This document shows, piece after piece, positions 11,841 to 25,158 of a stretch of 64,000 nt of DNA (position 1 is its first letter; each line of letters opens with the position of its first letter). Location of the stretch: positions 1 to 64,000 of the forward strand of contig OZ037773.1 of assembly GCA_964035545.1 (NCBI GenBank), in the 5' to 3' direction. Origin of the DNA: Bugula neritina (taxonomy: Eukaryota > Animalia > Bryozoa). The notes under the pieces were generated by a model. That model saw only the letters and a list, made by a program, of their open reading frames with translations, ran no database searches and was not told where the DNA came from. Position numbers and translations under genes: made by a program.

Positions 11841-14800
11841 ATGGAGCCGACCAGCGAGGCCCCTCAGGGCATCGGAGGGGATCAGTACACCTCTCCGCAA
11901 GGAAAATCTCACTGGCCCCGCAAACCGCGGAACAAACGGGCACAGCCCCGATCGGCCGAGACCGAGCACGCTGGGGGAGAACGGGTACAACCTCACGGAG
12001 GTAGCTACTTCTTGCCAGGGAAGGTAGCTGGCAAAGCTGTCATTTTTCTGCTAGACTCCGGGTGTACCACTAATCTCCTCAGCTGTCAGGTCTTCGACAC
12101 CCTCCCCCCTAGGGAGAGGGGAGCCTTAGCTCCCTATACCGGGGAATCGGGCACCCTAGCTGACGGGTCACGGATTCCTTTCTACGGTATCATAGAGCTG
12201 ACTGGACGCGTCCGCTACCAGGCTATCCAAGAAACCTTCGTCATCAGCCAACTCGAAGAGGATGCTATACTGGGGATGCCGTTCTTAAAGAGACACGGGT
12301 GCCGTATGGACTTTAGCAAGTCAGCCATGCTAATGGCCGGCAGGGAACTCGCCTGTGTCGACAAGTTCGGTCGTCCCCTAGCGGGAGGCGTGCAGGTAGT
12401 ACGGAACTGTACTATACCCGGCCGCTCCCGGGCGACCGTTCACTCCAGAGTGAACAATAGCCAACTCTCGTGGTTAGGGGTTGTCGAAGGTGCGCACGCA
12501 AGAATCCAACTCGCCAGCAGTCTTAACCGGCTGACTGACCGAAGAGAGATCTTGGTGCAGTTTGTCAACCCCTTCTCCGAAGCGGTACAATTACCGTCAG
12601 GATCCATGCTGGGCCGCTTCCACTCCATCCAGGAGGAGGATATAGAGCCGTCGCTGGGAGCTGCGACGGAAGGTCCCCAACAGAGCCCGTCAGTAAGGCG
12701 GGGGATCGTCCCACCACACGTCCAAGAGCTATACCAGGCAGCGTGTGACGGCTGCGCGGGCAACGTGGAACGCCAGGCCATGGCTTAGTTGCTACGTGAC
12801 TATAGCGACGTGTTCAGCAGCGGGGACCATGACGTCGGCCTGACCTCGGCCGTCCGTCATGAGATACTACTGGGTGCAGGAACTACTCCTATTCGACAGC
12901 CCACTCGGAGGCTGGGACCCGAGAAGGGGAAGGAGGTCAGCCAACAAGTCCGGGATCTTTTGGACCGCGGCCTCATAGAGCCAGCACATAGTGCGTGGAG
13001 CTCGCCGGTCGTCCTGGTCCGAAAGAAAGACGGCAGTTGGCGGTTCTGTGTGGATTATCGCAAACTCGATAGCAAAACCAAACAGGACGCCTACCCCTTA
13101 CCCAGGATCGACGAATCTCTGGATGCCTTAGCCGTCAGCAAGTACTTCAGTACGCTAGACTTGTTGAGCGGCTACTTGCAGGTCCTCCTCAGTCCCGACG
13201 CCCAGGAGAAAGCGGCGTTCATCACGTGGGACAGCTTATGGAAGTGGAAAGTCCTACCCTTTGAACTGACTTCTGCCCCCGCCACATTCCAGAGGCTCAT
13301 GGAACAGGTCCTCAGCGGGCTCCATTGGAAGACACTGCTGATCTACCTCGATGATGTCATCGTGATCTCCCCAGACTTTCAGACACACATCAGTCGTCTG
13401 CGGGAGGTCTTCGATCGACTCAGAGGTGCCAATCTGAAGCTCAAACCCTCCAAGTGCGCCCTCTTGCAGCCAGAGGAGAAGTACCTGGAGCACGTCGTCG
13501 GCCGTCACGGTGTGGCAGCGGACCCTGAAAAGGTACGAGCTATAGAAGATTGGGTCACCCCCCAGGATTTGACCGGGCTACGGGCTTTCCTGGGGTTGGT
13601 AGGGTATTACCGGCAATACATACCAGACTTTGCGAGGGTAGCGCAGCCGTTGAATCGGCTCACCTGGCAGTGGACTCCCGTCGAACAGAGAGCGTTCGAC
13701 TGCCTCAAGGGCCGCCTACTAGAGGCCCCTATCTTAGCCTACCCAGACCCTGCCCTGGAGTAAATCCTAGATACTGACGCCAGTGACCAAAACGTCGGCG
13801 CTGTGCTGTCTCAGGTGCAGGAGGGCCGCGAAGTAGTCGTGGCCTATTACAGCAAGTCTCTCTCGCCCACCGAACAAAATTACTACACTACCCGAAAGGA
13901 GCTGCTGGCAGCAATCAAGTCGGTGAAGCATTTTAGACCTTATCTATACGGCAGGAAGTTCCGCTTGCGGACCGACCACGCCTCCTTGATTTGGTTGTGC
14001 AAGAGAGCAGAATCGTTCAGCCAAGTTGCCCGATGGCTCGAGGTCCTGGCCGAGTTCTCTTACCGGATTGAGCATCGGCCCGATAAGAAGCACGGCAATG
14101 CTGACGGACTGAGCCGGCGGCCGGACGAGGGGTGCAAACAGTGCCTCAACATCGAAAAAAGGAATGGGGGTCCCCCAAAATTCGAATTGCGGGCACTGGA
14201 CCACCCTGGAAAAGAGTATGACTGGGACCAGGGTCAACTCCTACAGAAGGCCACTACGCCCCCGGAGACTATCCAAAGCCTCCGTGCCAATCCTGTCTTG
14301 GCTGATAACGTCAGAGAGTTACGAAGATTCCAAAAGAACCTCCCCGGAGTAGTAGCCGACGTGTATCGGGCCAAGAAGGAGGGGCGACGACCCAGCGAAG
14401 AACAACTGCGGCAGGGATGCACCAAGTTACGGTTGTACTGTCAACGTTGGGACTCCCTGCGGATCGGGCCAGATGGTCTGCTGACCATCACAGTGGCCGC
14501 CTACAACAGCCAGTACGGGAGAGAGAGGGTGATCTGCCCAGCCGCCATACACCGGGAGTTAGTATGGGACACCCACAAACAGGCCCACGCCGGGGTAAGC
14601 AGGGTGCTCTCCAAGTTACAGCTCCGGTGGTACTGGCCCGGCATGGAGCGTGATGTACGGCTTAGAGTCAAACAATGCGAAATCTGGCAGGCCAGCAAGC
14701 ATGGCCGTCTCCCTGGCAAAGCGGGGCGGCGTAGGCTATATGCTGGAAGGCCATGGCAGGTGGTAGCTGTTGACCTAGTCGGACCCATACCCCTCACCCC

Positions 14801-16007
14801 CAGAGGAAACAGTTGGATACTAGTATTAACCGACCACTTTACACGGTGGGCAGACGCCCTGGCTATTCCAGATGCGTCCGCCCCGACGGTGGCCAGGGTA
14901 CTAGACCAAAATGTATTCTGCTACCTCGGACTACCCGAACAGATACATTCGGATCAGGGGGCTCAATTCCAGTCTCAACTGTTGAGCGACCTCTGCCGCC
15001 TCTGGGGAGTAAACCAAAGCAGGACCACTCCATACCATCCTTAGGGCAACAGGGTGGTAGAACGCAACAACCGCATGTTGGGCGACGCACTCCGCAGTCT
15101 GCTCCTCGGCCGGGGTCAGGAGGAATGGGATACGGTACTACCGCAAGTCATGCAGGCCTATCGTAGTACACCACACACCAGTACGGGGGAAACCCCTAAC
15201 CTCCTGATGCTTGGTCGAGAGACGCGAGTGCCCGACCACTTCACATACCACATCCCAGAGCAAGACTATACTATCCACGAGTATGCCAGCAAATTGATAG
15301 AGGACCTGAGGGCCGCACATGAAATACTGCGAGTAAAGCAGTGGCAGGTACGGCAGGAGGACTCTCAGGAACCACCCCTCTATCAAACTGGGGACTGGGT
15401 GTGGATGATCAACTACCGTAGGCGTCGAGGACAAGCGGCTAAGCTCCAGCCTAAGTTCGTGGGACCCTACGTAGTAGTTGAGGCGATGCCCAATCATACG
15501 TACAAGTTGGAGCGCTCTGGACAGGTCTCTGTCCAGAATGAAGCCCGCTTGAAACCGTATTGGGCCAGTCCAGGAGCAGCAGGAGCAGGCCCCCCCCCTC
15601 CCCCGTTGTTGGAGCCCAGGAAGCAGACAGCAACGCGCGGGCGGCAACGGCATGGACCAGAATATGAAGTGGTTGTGCCGCGGGAGGAGGACTTGTTGAG
15701 GCAGGAAACGCCACTCCCATCAACGGAAGTGCGCCCACCGCCCCCAATACCAAGTCTACCCCCACCACTTCCGGATCCGCATCCGCGTCCGGAAGTGCAA
15801 AACCCCCCCATGGGAGGGGCTCCATCCGGAGACAACAGCGGAGAGGGAAATGCCATCACCAACGACGGGCCGGAAACACCACAAGTGGAGCAAAATAGCC
15901 CACCAGTGAGTACACCGCCCCGACCAACAACTACACCCTCCTCCCCAGCTAATACGTCACCTCCCCTGGAACGGGGACAGCGTACTAGACAACCCCCACA
16001 TACTTGA
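11841..16007 (+). pseudogene. pol: E1 pol (PR-RT-RNaseH-IN) with stops at 12786, 13761 and 15042
   Basis: LDSG protease, YLDD RT, DTDAS RNase H, DLVGP/HSDQG/VERNN integrase, GPY motif; all fragments lie in one frame. Confidence 0.95.
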
Positions 16008-16279
16008 AAGACTTCGTATGTGACCGCGTTACAAACGGCAGTTACGAAAGTCCAGCTGGGCGCCGTACGGAGGGACTGGCAGCAAAGCGTGGGAGTTGTG
16101 AACACCACGGAAATCTCAACTTTTGCGAAGGCGGAGTAGTAAACAAAACTACTACGCCCGGGGCAAATAGTTCCAGCCGTGCGCAACAACTACGCTGCCC
16201 AGCCTTTTCGTACGCTGACGTTGTCAAAGGCAGACGCATCCAAACTCAATCCACAGACATCTAAGCTTGAACGCTGAGT

Positions 16280-17424
16280 ATGATTACAAATACAGGGTTC
16301 TCAGGTAAGCTTGCCTTGACCTAACATTCCCACTCATGGAATCAGGTCTACCATCAGTTAGTTCTGATTTAATCGCCCTGATTGAATCACAACTACTGGG
16401 GACTGAGTCTTACGTGAAAGGCGACGAGAACATAACAATGGCCGATGATCTACTAGATCGGGAGCTTGACGTTATGTCACTCGGTCAGTCTACACCACAC
16501 GACACAGTCCCTCGAGTGCCATCTAAAAAGATGTATGACTCTCAGACTAGGAACAGTCGGTTGTCATCAGAATTATGGTGTAAAGATCACACTCGATCTA
16601 ACAATAATTCTGCTCTTTTAGATATCACTCCCTCTACTCTTCCCCGTGACACATAACCATCAGAGATGGCTTGGGATGAGGAACCTGCTCCCGTCACACT
16701 GCCAGAAGTACTTTTAAGCCAGTCATGCTGGGTTACCCAAGACACGGAAGCACTTATTCGAGAATCTAAAGGCGATGACCAATGCACCACCTGCCGCTTG
16801 TGCCAACTCCATTTCATCACCCCTCGCCGACTCCCGGTTCACGTCCCCCAACATTATGTCACTACCTTTTTTCCCTGTGGTGAATATAGTTACCACAGGG
16901 ACTACATCCTCCGTCACCAGCGAACCATGGAATGTCACATTGGACATCTCTATGAAGTTGACGAACATTCCTTTCCACACTTCCTTGATCTCATCCGACC
17001 CTTCATATCAGACCCGACTCGCTACGAACGGCTGCGTCAGGAGTTCCCCGCACCCAGGGCCATCACACAAGGACCCTGCCCTAAATCACCCGGATATAAG
17101 AGACCACCCATGCCCCGTTCATCACCCCCCGCACGCACAGTGCCCCACCCCGACTCCATACCCAGAGTCGTGCTACGACGCATCGAAGTGCTACAGCGAT
17201 GGCGTCCCTCTCCTCCCGTCTCCCCCAGGCTTTCCCGTAAACGATGTTGGTCATCTTCGTCTCCCAACCGACACTCTGTCCCCGCCCGGAACCTAAGAGA
17301 AGCGGAAGAACGGATACGGAAACTAGAGAAAGAAGTGCAAAGGTTGGCACCGAGAATCTCTGCCGCCGCATCTGAACTCTGGGCTCTCTCTGCCTCTGTA
17401 GCCCAAATGAAAGGAAGTGCTTGA
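16280..17424 (+). pseudogene. E1 spliced accessory gene (zinc fingers + coiled coil): exons 16280-16304 and 16622-17424; internal TAA at 16654
   Basis: ATG+8 codons+G|GTAAGC ... TCTAAC ... CTTTTAG|AT restores the frame; CRLC-x12-H-x3-H finger; C-terminal heptads. Confidence 0.75.
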
Positions 17425-17795
17425 GACGGCGTCCCCAAACCTCCTTCCCCTACTCGTCCTACCCCCCACTCTTGATGGTACCGCAGGTGGTGCCCCATCT
17501 CAAACTTCTCTCACGCCCGGTGCTAACGAACAATCTCCCAGTGTGACAATCATATTATAGTAACCTACAAGTATACATCTCTTAGCCCTATGGGTCGTTC
17601 ACTTATAAGTGCCTCTCCCGTCAGTGTCATAGTGTGTGTTTATACTGTTATATTTTTTTATATTTTTTTTTACTGTATATAGTTATGTTTCTTTCTTTTA
17701 TGTACCATACGCTCTCTCAGTCTTATAGTTTTTTTGTAATATTTTTGTATTAGTACTAACTGTATCTGTGTTATCAGAAAGTAGGTCTTTCTGCT

Positions 17796-17806
17796 GGGGG
17801 GGGCGG
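17796..17806 (+). promoter_or_regulatory. E1 polypurine tract
   Basis: G-run plus CGG directly before the 3' LTR. Confidence 0.85.
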
Positions 17807-18083
17807 TGTAGTGAGTACGTGATACGCGCGTCCCCCAAGTCTCCTTAGCCAATAAGAGCGCGTCATGTGATAACCCCCAGCGATGTGTAGAGTAGTAGAG
17901 AAAGCGTACTAGAATAGTAAAGATGTAGTGTTTTTTTAATCCGTGTGCTTTTATATCTCTTTATTGTATTTAGTAGTAAATAAACCTTGTCTAATCTTAT
18001 TAAAAACTCCTTTATTGATGTGGATACATAAACTATAATTACAAGCTAGGAACTCACGCACAGTAATTGCACAAATTACTACA
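17807..18083 (+). repeat. E1 3' LTR
   Basis: Direct repeat of 10476-10754. Confidence 0.95.
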
Positions 18084-18439
18084 GTATGTTTAAACCAATA
18101 CAAAGGATTTAATTATTCATCTTTTTTATCACTACATTAGTTTTGTGTTTGCTTTGTTTATCAAAGTATTATATAAAAGTCTTAATTATTTGGCCAAAGA
18201 TTTGTTTTTCATCTCCACAATTGAAGTAGTGCTAGTAGTAGAATAGTGATAGTTCTGGGAAACTTTGTACTCAATGAGCCCATGCACAAAATGAACTGCA
18301 GGGGTAATTCCCATATTTAAGGGACACCCCTTTCTAGCACACATTAGCTCAAAGGATATAAAATTTGTCAAGACCATGACAATATTTCTTAAAAATGTTA
18401 AAAGCAAGTTTTAAAACTTTCAAAGCTTTTAAAACTCTA

Positions 18440-19025
18440 CTTACTTAAACATATACTGATGGTATTGGATTATAATCGGTAGACTCCACAATATTACCAT
18501 CAGATGTTGACACTACTAATTTACCTTCAACCGTTGCCTGTAATCCGATATGTTATACTTTGTAATAATATTGGTAACGTTAATATTAGTCTCCAGGATA
18601 TCACCATCAGGCGCTAGCATTAATTGCTTATCTCCACTCGCCGATTGTATTCTAGAAATACTATAAATAAATATATAATTTTTTGTAACGCTTAAATTAC
18701 TATCCGCAACACTACCCGTGTTAGTCGATACAGTTAGCTTTTCACTAGGATTATGTATGAAAGGTATAGCGTGACTAGATATATTATTTTTTGCAATGAC
18801 ATCGGTAACCCTCAAGCTACTATCATTAACACTACCAGCTTTATTCGATATAGTTAATTTTTTTTCAGGTGTAAATATAAGAAGCATGGCGTGTCTCAAA
18901 ATGCTAGCGTTAGTGATAACGGCATGCACGTATAATATACTATCAGTCAAACTCTTTAGGGGGATCAAACTTAGCCATAGCGATGAAACACACTTTAACT
19001 TTGTAAATATAAAATAGCTAATCAT
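18440..19025 (-). pseudogene. Intronless repeat-protein fragment, possibly a viral fibre-like relic
   Basis: Four spaced repeats of K-L-x-[IV]-S-x3-G-x-[VI]-x-[DE]-S; the last lies beyond a frameshift. Confidence 0.35.
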
Positions 19026-19189
19026 TTTAACTTGGTTTCAGCAACACGTACTGGCCACCATGTAATATTATGGTTGCGGATGAAGTGGATTATATTTTGT
19101 TAATGAACACGAGCAAGTATTGTATTTAACATGGCGATAACTTTATTCAAACTGAAGGTAACCTTGACCTAATAAAAGCGTAACATTAT

Positions 19190-21240
19190 AGCGAGTATAT
19201 TATAATACAACAGTAAGTGTGTTTGGTACTAATGTATATACTTCATAAAACTGTTGTTGAGCTCTTTTATCAAAACACAACTAAATTATTTATACAGAAC
19301 AATCAATCCGAGGAAGTATAAAAAAGTTCATCAAAACCCAACAAAAACTAACAAGAAATAAAACAAATACAAGTTGTATAATTGAAGATGAAGAAAAATC
19401 AAACTATAAGTTATACATTGTAAACTAGTTTATTAACAAGATGTAGCAAAGTTACAAAATTTTTGAAACCCACTCTCCACCCTCGCTAGGGTTGGAACCC
19501 AAGACCCCAATTTCCCAAGCAAGTGCTAACCAGTACAACTTCTATCTACCTGGTAAATACTTTTACAAGGCCATAATGGAGTATTGTAGTGGCCAGTGAA
19601 GCATAAATACTCCCCCCCCTCGGCAAAGAAGAACGCTTCCGGACAGATACTTAGAGTTAGTTAGTATTGTGATGCCGAATGTGAAAGTAGCAGATGTACG
19701 TTTTATGTTTTATAGAGTAATGTATTAGTTTGCCTTGTGTATATATTGTGTTAAATATAATCTTCTTCCCTTACTACTTGTCCTGTGTTTGAGAGTATAA
19801 ATCGAGCAAGTGCAGTACAGTTGGACCCATCTTAACATTATAATTCAGAGAAATTATAACAGTATGACTTAGTAAATTATTTTGCAAGGCCATAATGAAG
19901 TTTTAATTTCTTCTCCATTACCTTACTACAAAGTTTTAAGCTACATATATATATATTCAAACCATTAGTTCCAATCATAATCACTATTACTATTAGCATA
20001 TCATTCTGTAAGGTGCAAATACATCAAGTTACTGTACAGTATCTACTCTGCAAAAATATAAAATATTGTATATTCTCTGATCTGACAGTGGTGTTGATAT
20101 TTTTAAGGTCAATTTTTCAGCTCTTTCTAGTTGTAGCTCCTAATTTAATTGGTTGATGCTATATTATATATTTGTATCAAGTAATTTGTTTGGTAAGTGC
20201 AATAAGACTGGCTCTGACACAGTCTGAGAGTAATGTGATTGGTTACAGGAGTTGCACCATGTGACAGTGAACTAGAAGAAGCACATTCGCGTGTGCTGTT
20301 GATGCACAATTCAAATTCATTTACATTTTAATAATTATATTATCATATTAAATTTGATTGTTATTGATGCAATGAAACTCGCGTTGCTAGAGCGTTACTA
20401 TTCTACTAGCTGTAGGTTTAGTCTGCAACGACTATCCGGGCTGCCAAAGCGTAAAGCCACAGCCAATGGGCGAGGGTGTGCTGCTATCTAATTAATACAA
20501 CTAGCAGTCGTTGCGTAGGCGGGAATCAAGCGGTGCGATAACTTATTTAAATGAAACGTTATGCTAAACGCAACACTGAATTCTCGATCAACTATTAGGT
20601 ATTCATTACACTATGCTACTTTTACTACTTGAATTAATTATGTTAAGTGCTCACTTTACAGTAAATGACTATGTTTAGTTGTCGATTGGTGTGTTGCACT
20701 AGTATAGTAGTGCGTAAAAGCTGTCATAAAATACGTAAACGTATACAAATTTATTACTACTTTAAATTTGAATATGAGTTTAAATATTTTTCATCAAATT
20801 GAATTTCAAGGACAAACGACATTTTGATTTAAATTTAATAATAATATTATTTGATTTTCATTTTCTTTTTGAATGTCACATTTAAATTTCAATACTTATC
20901 ATTTTGAAGTTTATATTTATTATCCATTATGATTGTCATTATGATTATGATAATCATTTGAATAGTAATGAATCATAATATAAATATGAATAACTTCAAC
21001 TGATTACATTTACTGATCAAACAGCAAGTGCTGTAAATGTAACAAGTACAACTACAGGTGCTAACCCTGGTGTAATGGTAATATAAGTTGTCACCAGAGG
21101 CTTCCCTCCCTATAGGCATTTCAGTTGCTGCGGAAGTGCTACCTCAACTGAGATAACAATAAACTGTAGCAATGCTGTTATATTTTTTGTTATTATTACG
21201 ATTAATTAAGTGATTATCATTAATGACCATGATTAAGATA
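19190..21240 (+). repeat. Duplicated block; parts recur at 41930-42180, 42325-42660, 48865-49037, 51086-51971 and 59474-59487
   Basis: Colinear matches, including empty sites for the hAT-like element (~20371) and for E3/E4 (~21228-21241). Confidence 0.85.
19585..19861 (+). mobile_element. Solo LTR related to the E4 LTR
   Basis: Starts TGTAGTGGCCAGTGAAGC and ends GAAATTATAACA, like the E4 LTR; TSD GTAT on both sides. Confidence 0.88.
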
Positions 21241-22149
21241 TTCATTGTGATAATAATATTGATTGTGATGGTGATAATTATGATAAATACAATCACAATT
21301 CCAGTAGTAGTGCTAATAGTAATAATTATTGACTTATACTTAGGTATAGTTATTCATATTCAATTACGTATTCCTATCAAAATTACAAACCTCTGTACAA
21401 GCTAGGTAAAGTAAAGATAAATTAGGTAGACTCAACAACATACTTGAGAGTTTTAATGCAGTCAAACCTCAAATCTGATCATCACGTATCGGGATATGGA
21501 GTTTTCAGTTATTGCATCTCACCGAATAATATAATTGGGTTGTAGCCTTCAGGTGAGCTCGAGTCCAGCATACAGGCGCAGGTTGCTTGGCTTGGCTGCG
21601 AGGTGACTCCAGCTCCCATCAGTCTGTAGAGGTATTTGTTTGTAGGGGTATTGTCAAGTCTCAAGTGGGCTAGCACTCACTCATATAGCTTAATGCATTC
21701 TGCACAATCTTCAATGTCTTCATTCACTCTATCTCTCCTCTCTTTCTCCTCTCTTTCTCTCATACACACTCCCTTTTATACTTTTCATTTTCATTCAAGC
21801 CACACATACACCACACTCACCAATATAACTATATTACTGCAGGTCGTCAAACTCTGCTTTCTAGACAGCAGAGATATGAATTGAAAGTATTTATGATCTT
21901 AATCATTAAGAATTATGTAATCCAAATTATAAGAAGTAAAGTCAAGCTGTTGCAATACTGAATGGAAATGTGTCTATTCATCTATTCAGCTTATTGATAT
22001 GGGCTGTTTACTGGTAGGATAATAGCAGTCTGAAATCCATACAGATGACAATAATATTGCATATTATACAGACAGTTTATATTGTATGCCAGCCAAAGCT
22101 AGCCACTAAATGTAATTATTAAATTACCACTACAGCAATCATATTACAT

Positions 22150-22625
22150 TTAAAAAGGAAAGAGCCTCAAAAATTCTGGGAGCACTTAAATATGTTTTAC
22201 ATGATGCCTCCAGAGAAGGTAAGCTACAGGCCTACACTAATCTGTCCCATTTTCAAGTACATAGATACCGTATGGGATCCAACATTAGCTAAAGACAATG
22301 AGTTTCTGGAAATGTTAGAGCACGAGGCAGCAAGTTTTATTGCTGGGTTAAAGGGGCGAGAAAGTGTTACCGAGCCATGTTCTCAGCTTGGCCTTTAGCC
22401 TTTCAAACAGAAACGCAGGACTCACGGACTAGATCTCCTCGTGAAAATACTGCAAGAAAAAGAACAACATTCAATATTAGCAATGGTATACAATAAAATC
22501 ACAAGAGATCGCCAAAATGTGGCAATAACTACTAGGTCTGCTGCCCGCGTTGAACTAACATTCATTTATGTAAACTCAGAAGTGTACTATACTAGCTTCT
22601 TAGCAAGAACCATTAGACACCAGAG
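22150..22625 (+). mobile_element. 3' remnant of a CR1/L2-group LINE ORF2
   Basis: Decayed RASKILG...VWDP...LEMLEHEAASFIAGLKGRESVTE...LG...RLDLLVKI, typical of the post-RT C-terminus. Confidence 0.65.
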
Positions 22626-23649
22626 GGTCCATATGAAAAAATTAACACAATTGCCAACCTTTAGTCACACGGTAAAAAGAAGGAGGCAATTCTATAGCCT
22701 TTAGTGTTTCCAAGTGTTCTGTGTCTTCTAAGGTATTCAAAGGTAATTGGCAGGTCGTTTTATTCAGCTGCACATCAATATTACATTAAATCAACTAAAA
22801 TACATAGTTTTCACATTTTTTCTGTTCTATTTAGATTTACGGTACAGGGTTTGAGATTTGGGGTTATTTTATTATTCACTTTGTGTTCAGCAATTTGTGT
22901 ACGAAACGACCATTTTGTATAGACAGTAACCCATACAATAATTGTGATATAATAATATTGATTATAGTATAAACATTTCTATTACTTTATAATACAGTTA
23001 TACTAGTAGTAGGTCTAATTGTTACACTAATAGTAATGATCATAGTAATAGTAATACGAATGCTTAGTTAAACTTATACATATGTTACAGTTCTTACTCA
23101 TTTACCGAATACAATTGTGATTGAGCTATAACATAAGTATTTAGAGTATAACAAAGTATTGCTGATAAAGTAGCTAATAATAGTATTAATAATTGTCACT
23201 CTTGCAGTTACAACTAATGATCATTCTTGTGCTCAAACTGACACATTAAAATTACATTTAGTTTTACTGGTGTCACGACTCACCATGTGATACTATTGAT
23301 CATTTATTTTCATGGTTATGAACTTGAAACCTTTTATCAGTAATTACTATGAATAAGAGTCATACTAATAGTCTAACACCATATCTTTGACCATTAGTAA
23401 TATTGTTGTACTAATACTAATAGTAATATTAGAAGATTAATTTAAAGCTTTTTGGATTTCACTTTGTGTTCATTTTCAGGAAATACTCAAACCAATTGAT
23501 AAGAATAATTTTGATTAAATGCACAAAGTCAATGTGTTCGGTGTTTATGTAAACATTTATTTGTAATTTGTTGTTTTATTATTTTACTATCTTTGTGCAT
23601 AATCTTAATAATTAATTGTCTCATTTATTGTAATAGTTTGAGTATTATC

Positions 23650-25030
23650 TTGTATATATATTGTGGTAATAAATCACGGCTTCGGCCTCTTCCGTTAAGC
23701 AACTAACTTGAGCACGTTCTCTCTTTTTCACAATAGCTGAAATAATATCACAAAACAACACAAAACATGGTGCCCCAAGTATAATTATTATTATTATTAC
23801 ACTGAAACAACATGGAGCAATTACTAGCACCAAAACCATTAGCAGATGGACCAAATCTACCTTAGGAATAGAAGATTTTTTCAACTGCCACATCGAAGGA
23901 TACAGCCGAAGGCAAAGTGAAAACTGCATACCTACTTAGAACTATCGGTCGCCGAGGCAACCAAATATACGAATATTTCAACTGAACTGACAACAATGAC
24001 AAGACTGACTACAACAAAGTAGTGACGCAATTTGATGCCTACTGTAAACCAAGAATAAACTTAGTGGCTAAGACTCACTCACTACTGACTTGTAAGCAAG
24101 GAAATAAAACTATTGACAAATTTTTGACTGAACTACATACCATTGCAGGACTATGTGACTTATAAGACATGTACAAACGACTGATACTACAAGCACTGAT
24201 ACTGGGAATTGAAAGTGACAAGATTAAAAAGAAACTGTTTGACTTGACTGACTCTGACTTTGACAAAGCAATTGAGCTCTGTAGACGAGAAGAAGCATCA
24301 GCTATTGACTACAAGACTATGACTAATGATAACACTTATGGAATCGAACAAGTGAACTTGGTGAAACATAGACCTCCGACTCATCAATATCACTCTAATT
24401 ACACTCGTAACACTGATAAACACAGAGAACAGCTTTCACACACTCGCTCTCAGCCCGACGTCAGAAAATCAGTTGGTGCTTCTAGGTGTGGAAACTGTGG
24501 AGGCAACCATTCACCTCGAGCTTGCCCAGCATATGGGAAACAGTGCAATCATTGCAAGAAGTTTAACCATTTTGCCAAGTACTGCAGGTCACGCATGCAT
24601 CATCATTGCAGCTCAACCGAAACAGCCAATCAAGTCACCTGGAATTACTCTTCAGACAGTGGCTCTCAAAATGTTAGTACTATATCTACTACAGTATGGG
24701 ATCGTAAACTATTAGCGACTCTCACTGCTAAGCAGGCAGATACTACTTATGACATTGAATTTCAATTTGACACTGGTGCATCATGCAATACTTTGAATAC
24801 TGTTGACTACGGCAAGCTAGGGAGACCGAAACTTACACCAATTGACACTGTACTAACTTTTTATGACCAGAGCAAGTGTGCACCACTAGGGTGGACACGT
24901 ATACAGATACTAAACAAGCAAGGACGTTACACTACATTAAAATTCCTAGTTGTGGAGACCACCCAACACAGCTTGCTGTCATGGAAATCATGTTTGCACC
25001 TGGACTTATTACAAATGCCCAGCACCAAAG
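23650..25030 (+). mobile_element. 5' remnant of a Mag-like Gypsy element (LTR end, PBS-like motif, decayed gag, protease)
   Basis: ...aaaaca|TGGTGCCCCAAGT at 23768; gag from ATG 23812 with stops; twin knuckles CGNCGGNH...C and CNHCKKFNHFAKYC; FDTGASCN protease in the same frame (24169-25041). Confidence 0.75.
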
Positions 25031-25158
25031 GCGAGATATAAAAATAAACAATACTGACCCAGACTCGCGGGACGACCCTGTCCACCCCCTCCGCCCACTT
25101 GTTGGGAGTGCGGGATGCCAGGACATGTGAGAAGGCACTGCCCTAAGGGACAGAAGCC

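Larger units (their letters stand above)
10476..18083 (+). mobile_element. Ty3/Gypsy LTR retrotransposon E1, full length, decayed
   Basis: LTRs 10476-10754 and 17807-18083 (TG..CA, ~95% identical by eye); TSD GTAT at 10472-75 and 18084-87; PBS; PPT; gag-PR-RT-RH-IN order. Confidence 0.97.
8439..18200 (+). repeat. Segmental duplication copy A (8439-10475 + 18088-18200, split by E1), paralogous to 31801-33978
   Basis: Long colinear similarity. Copy B has the empty site ttataGTATgtttaaacc at ~33866. Confidence 0.9.
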
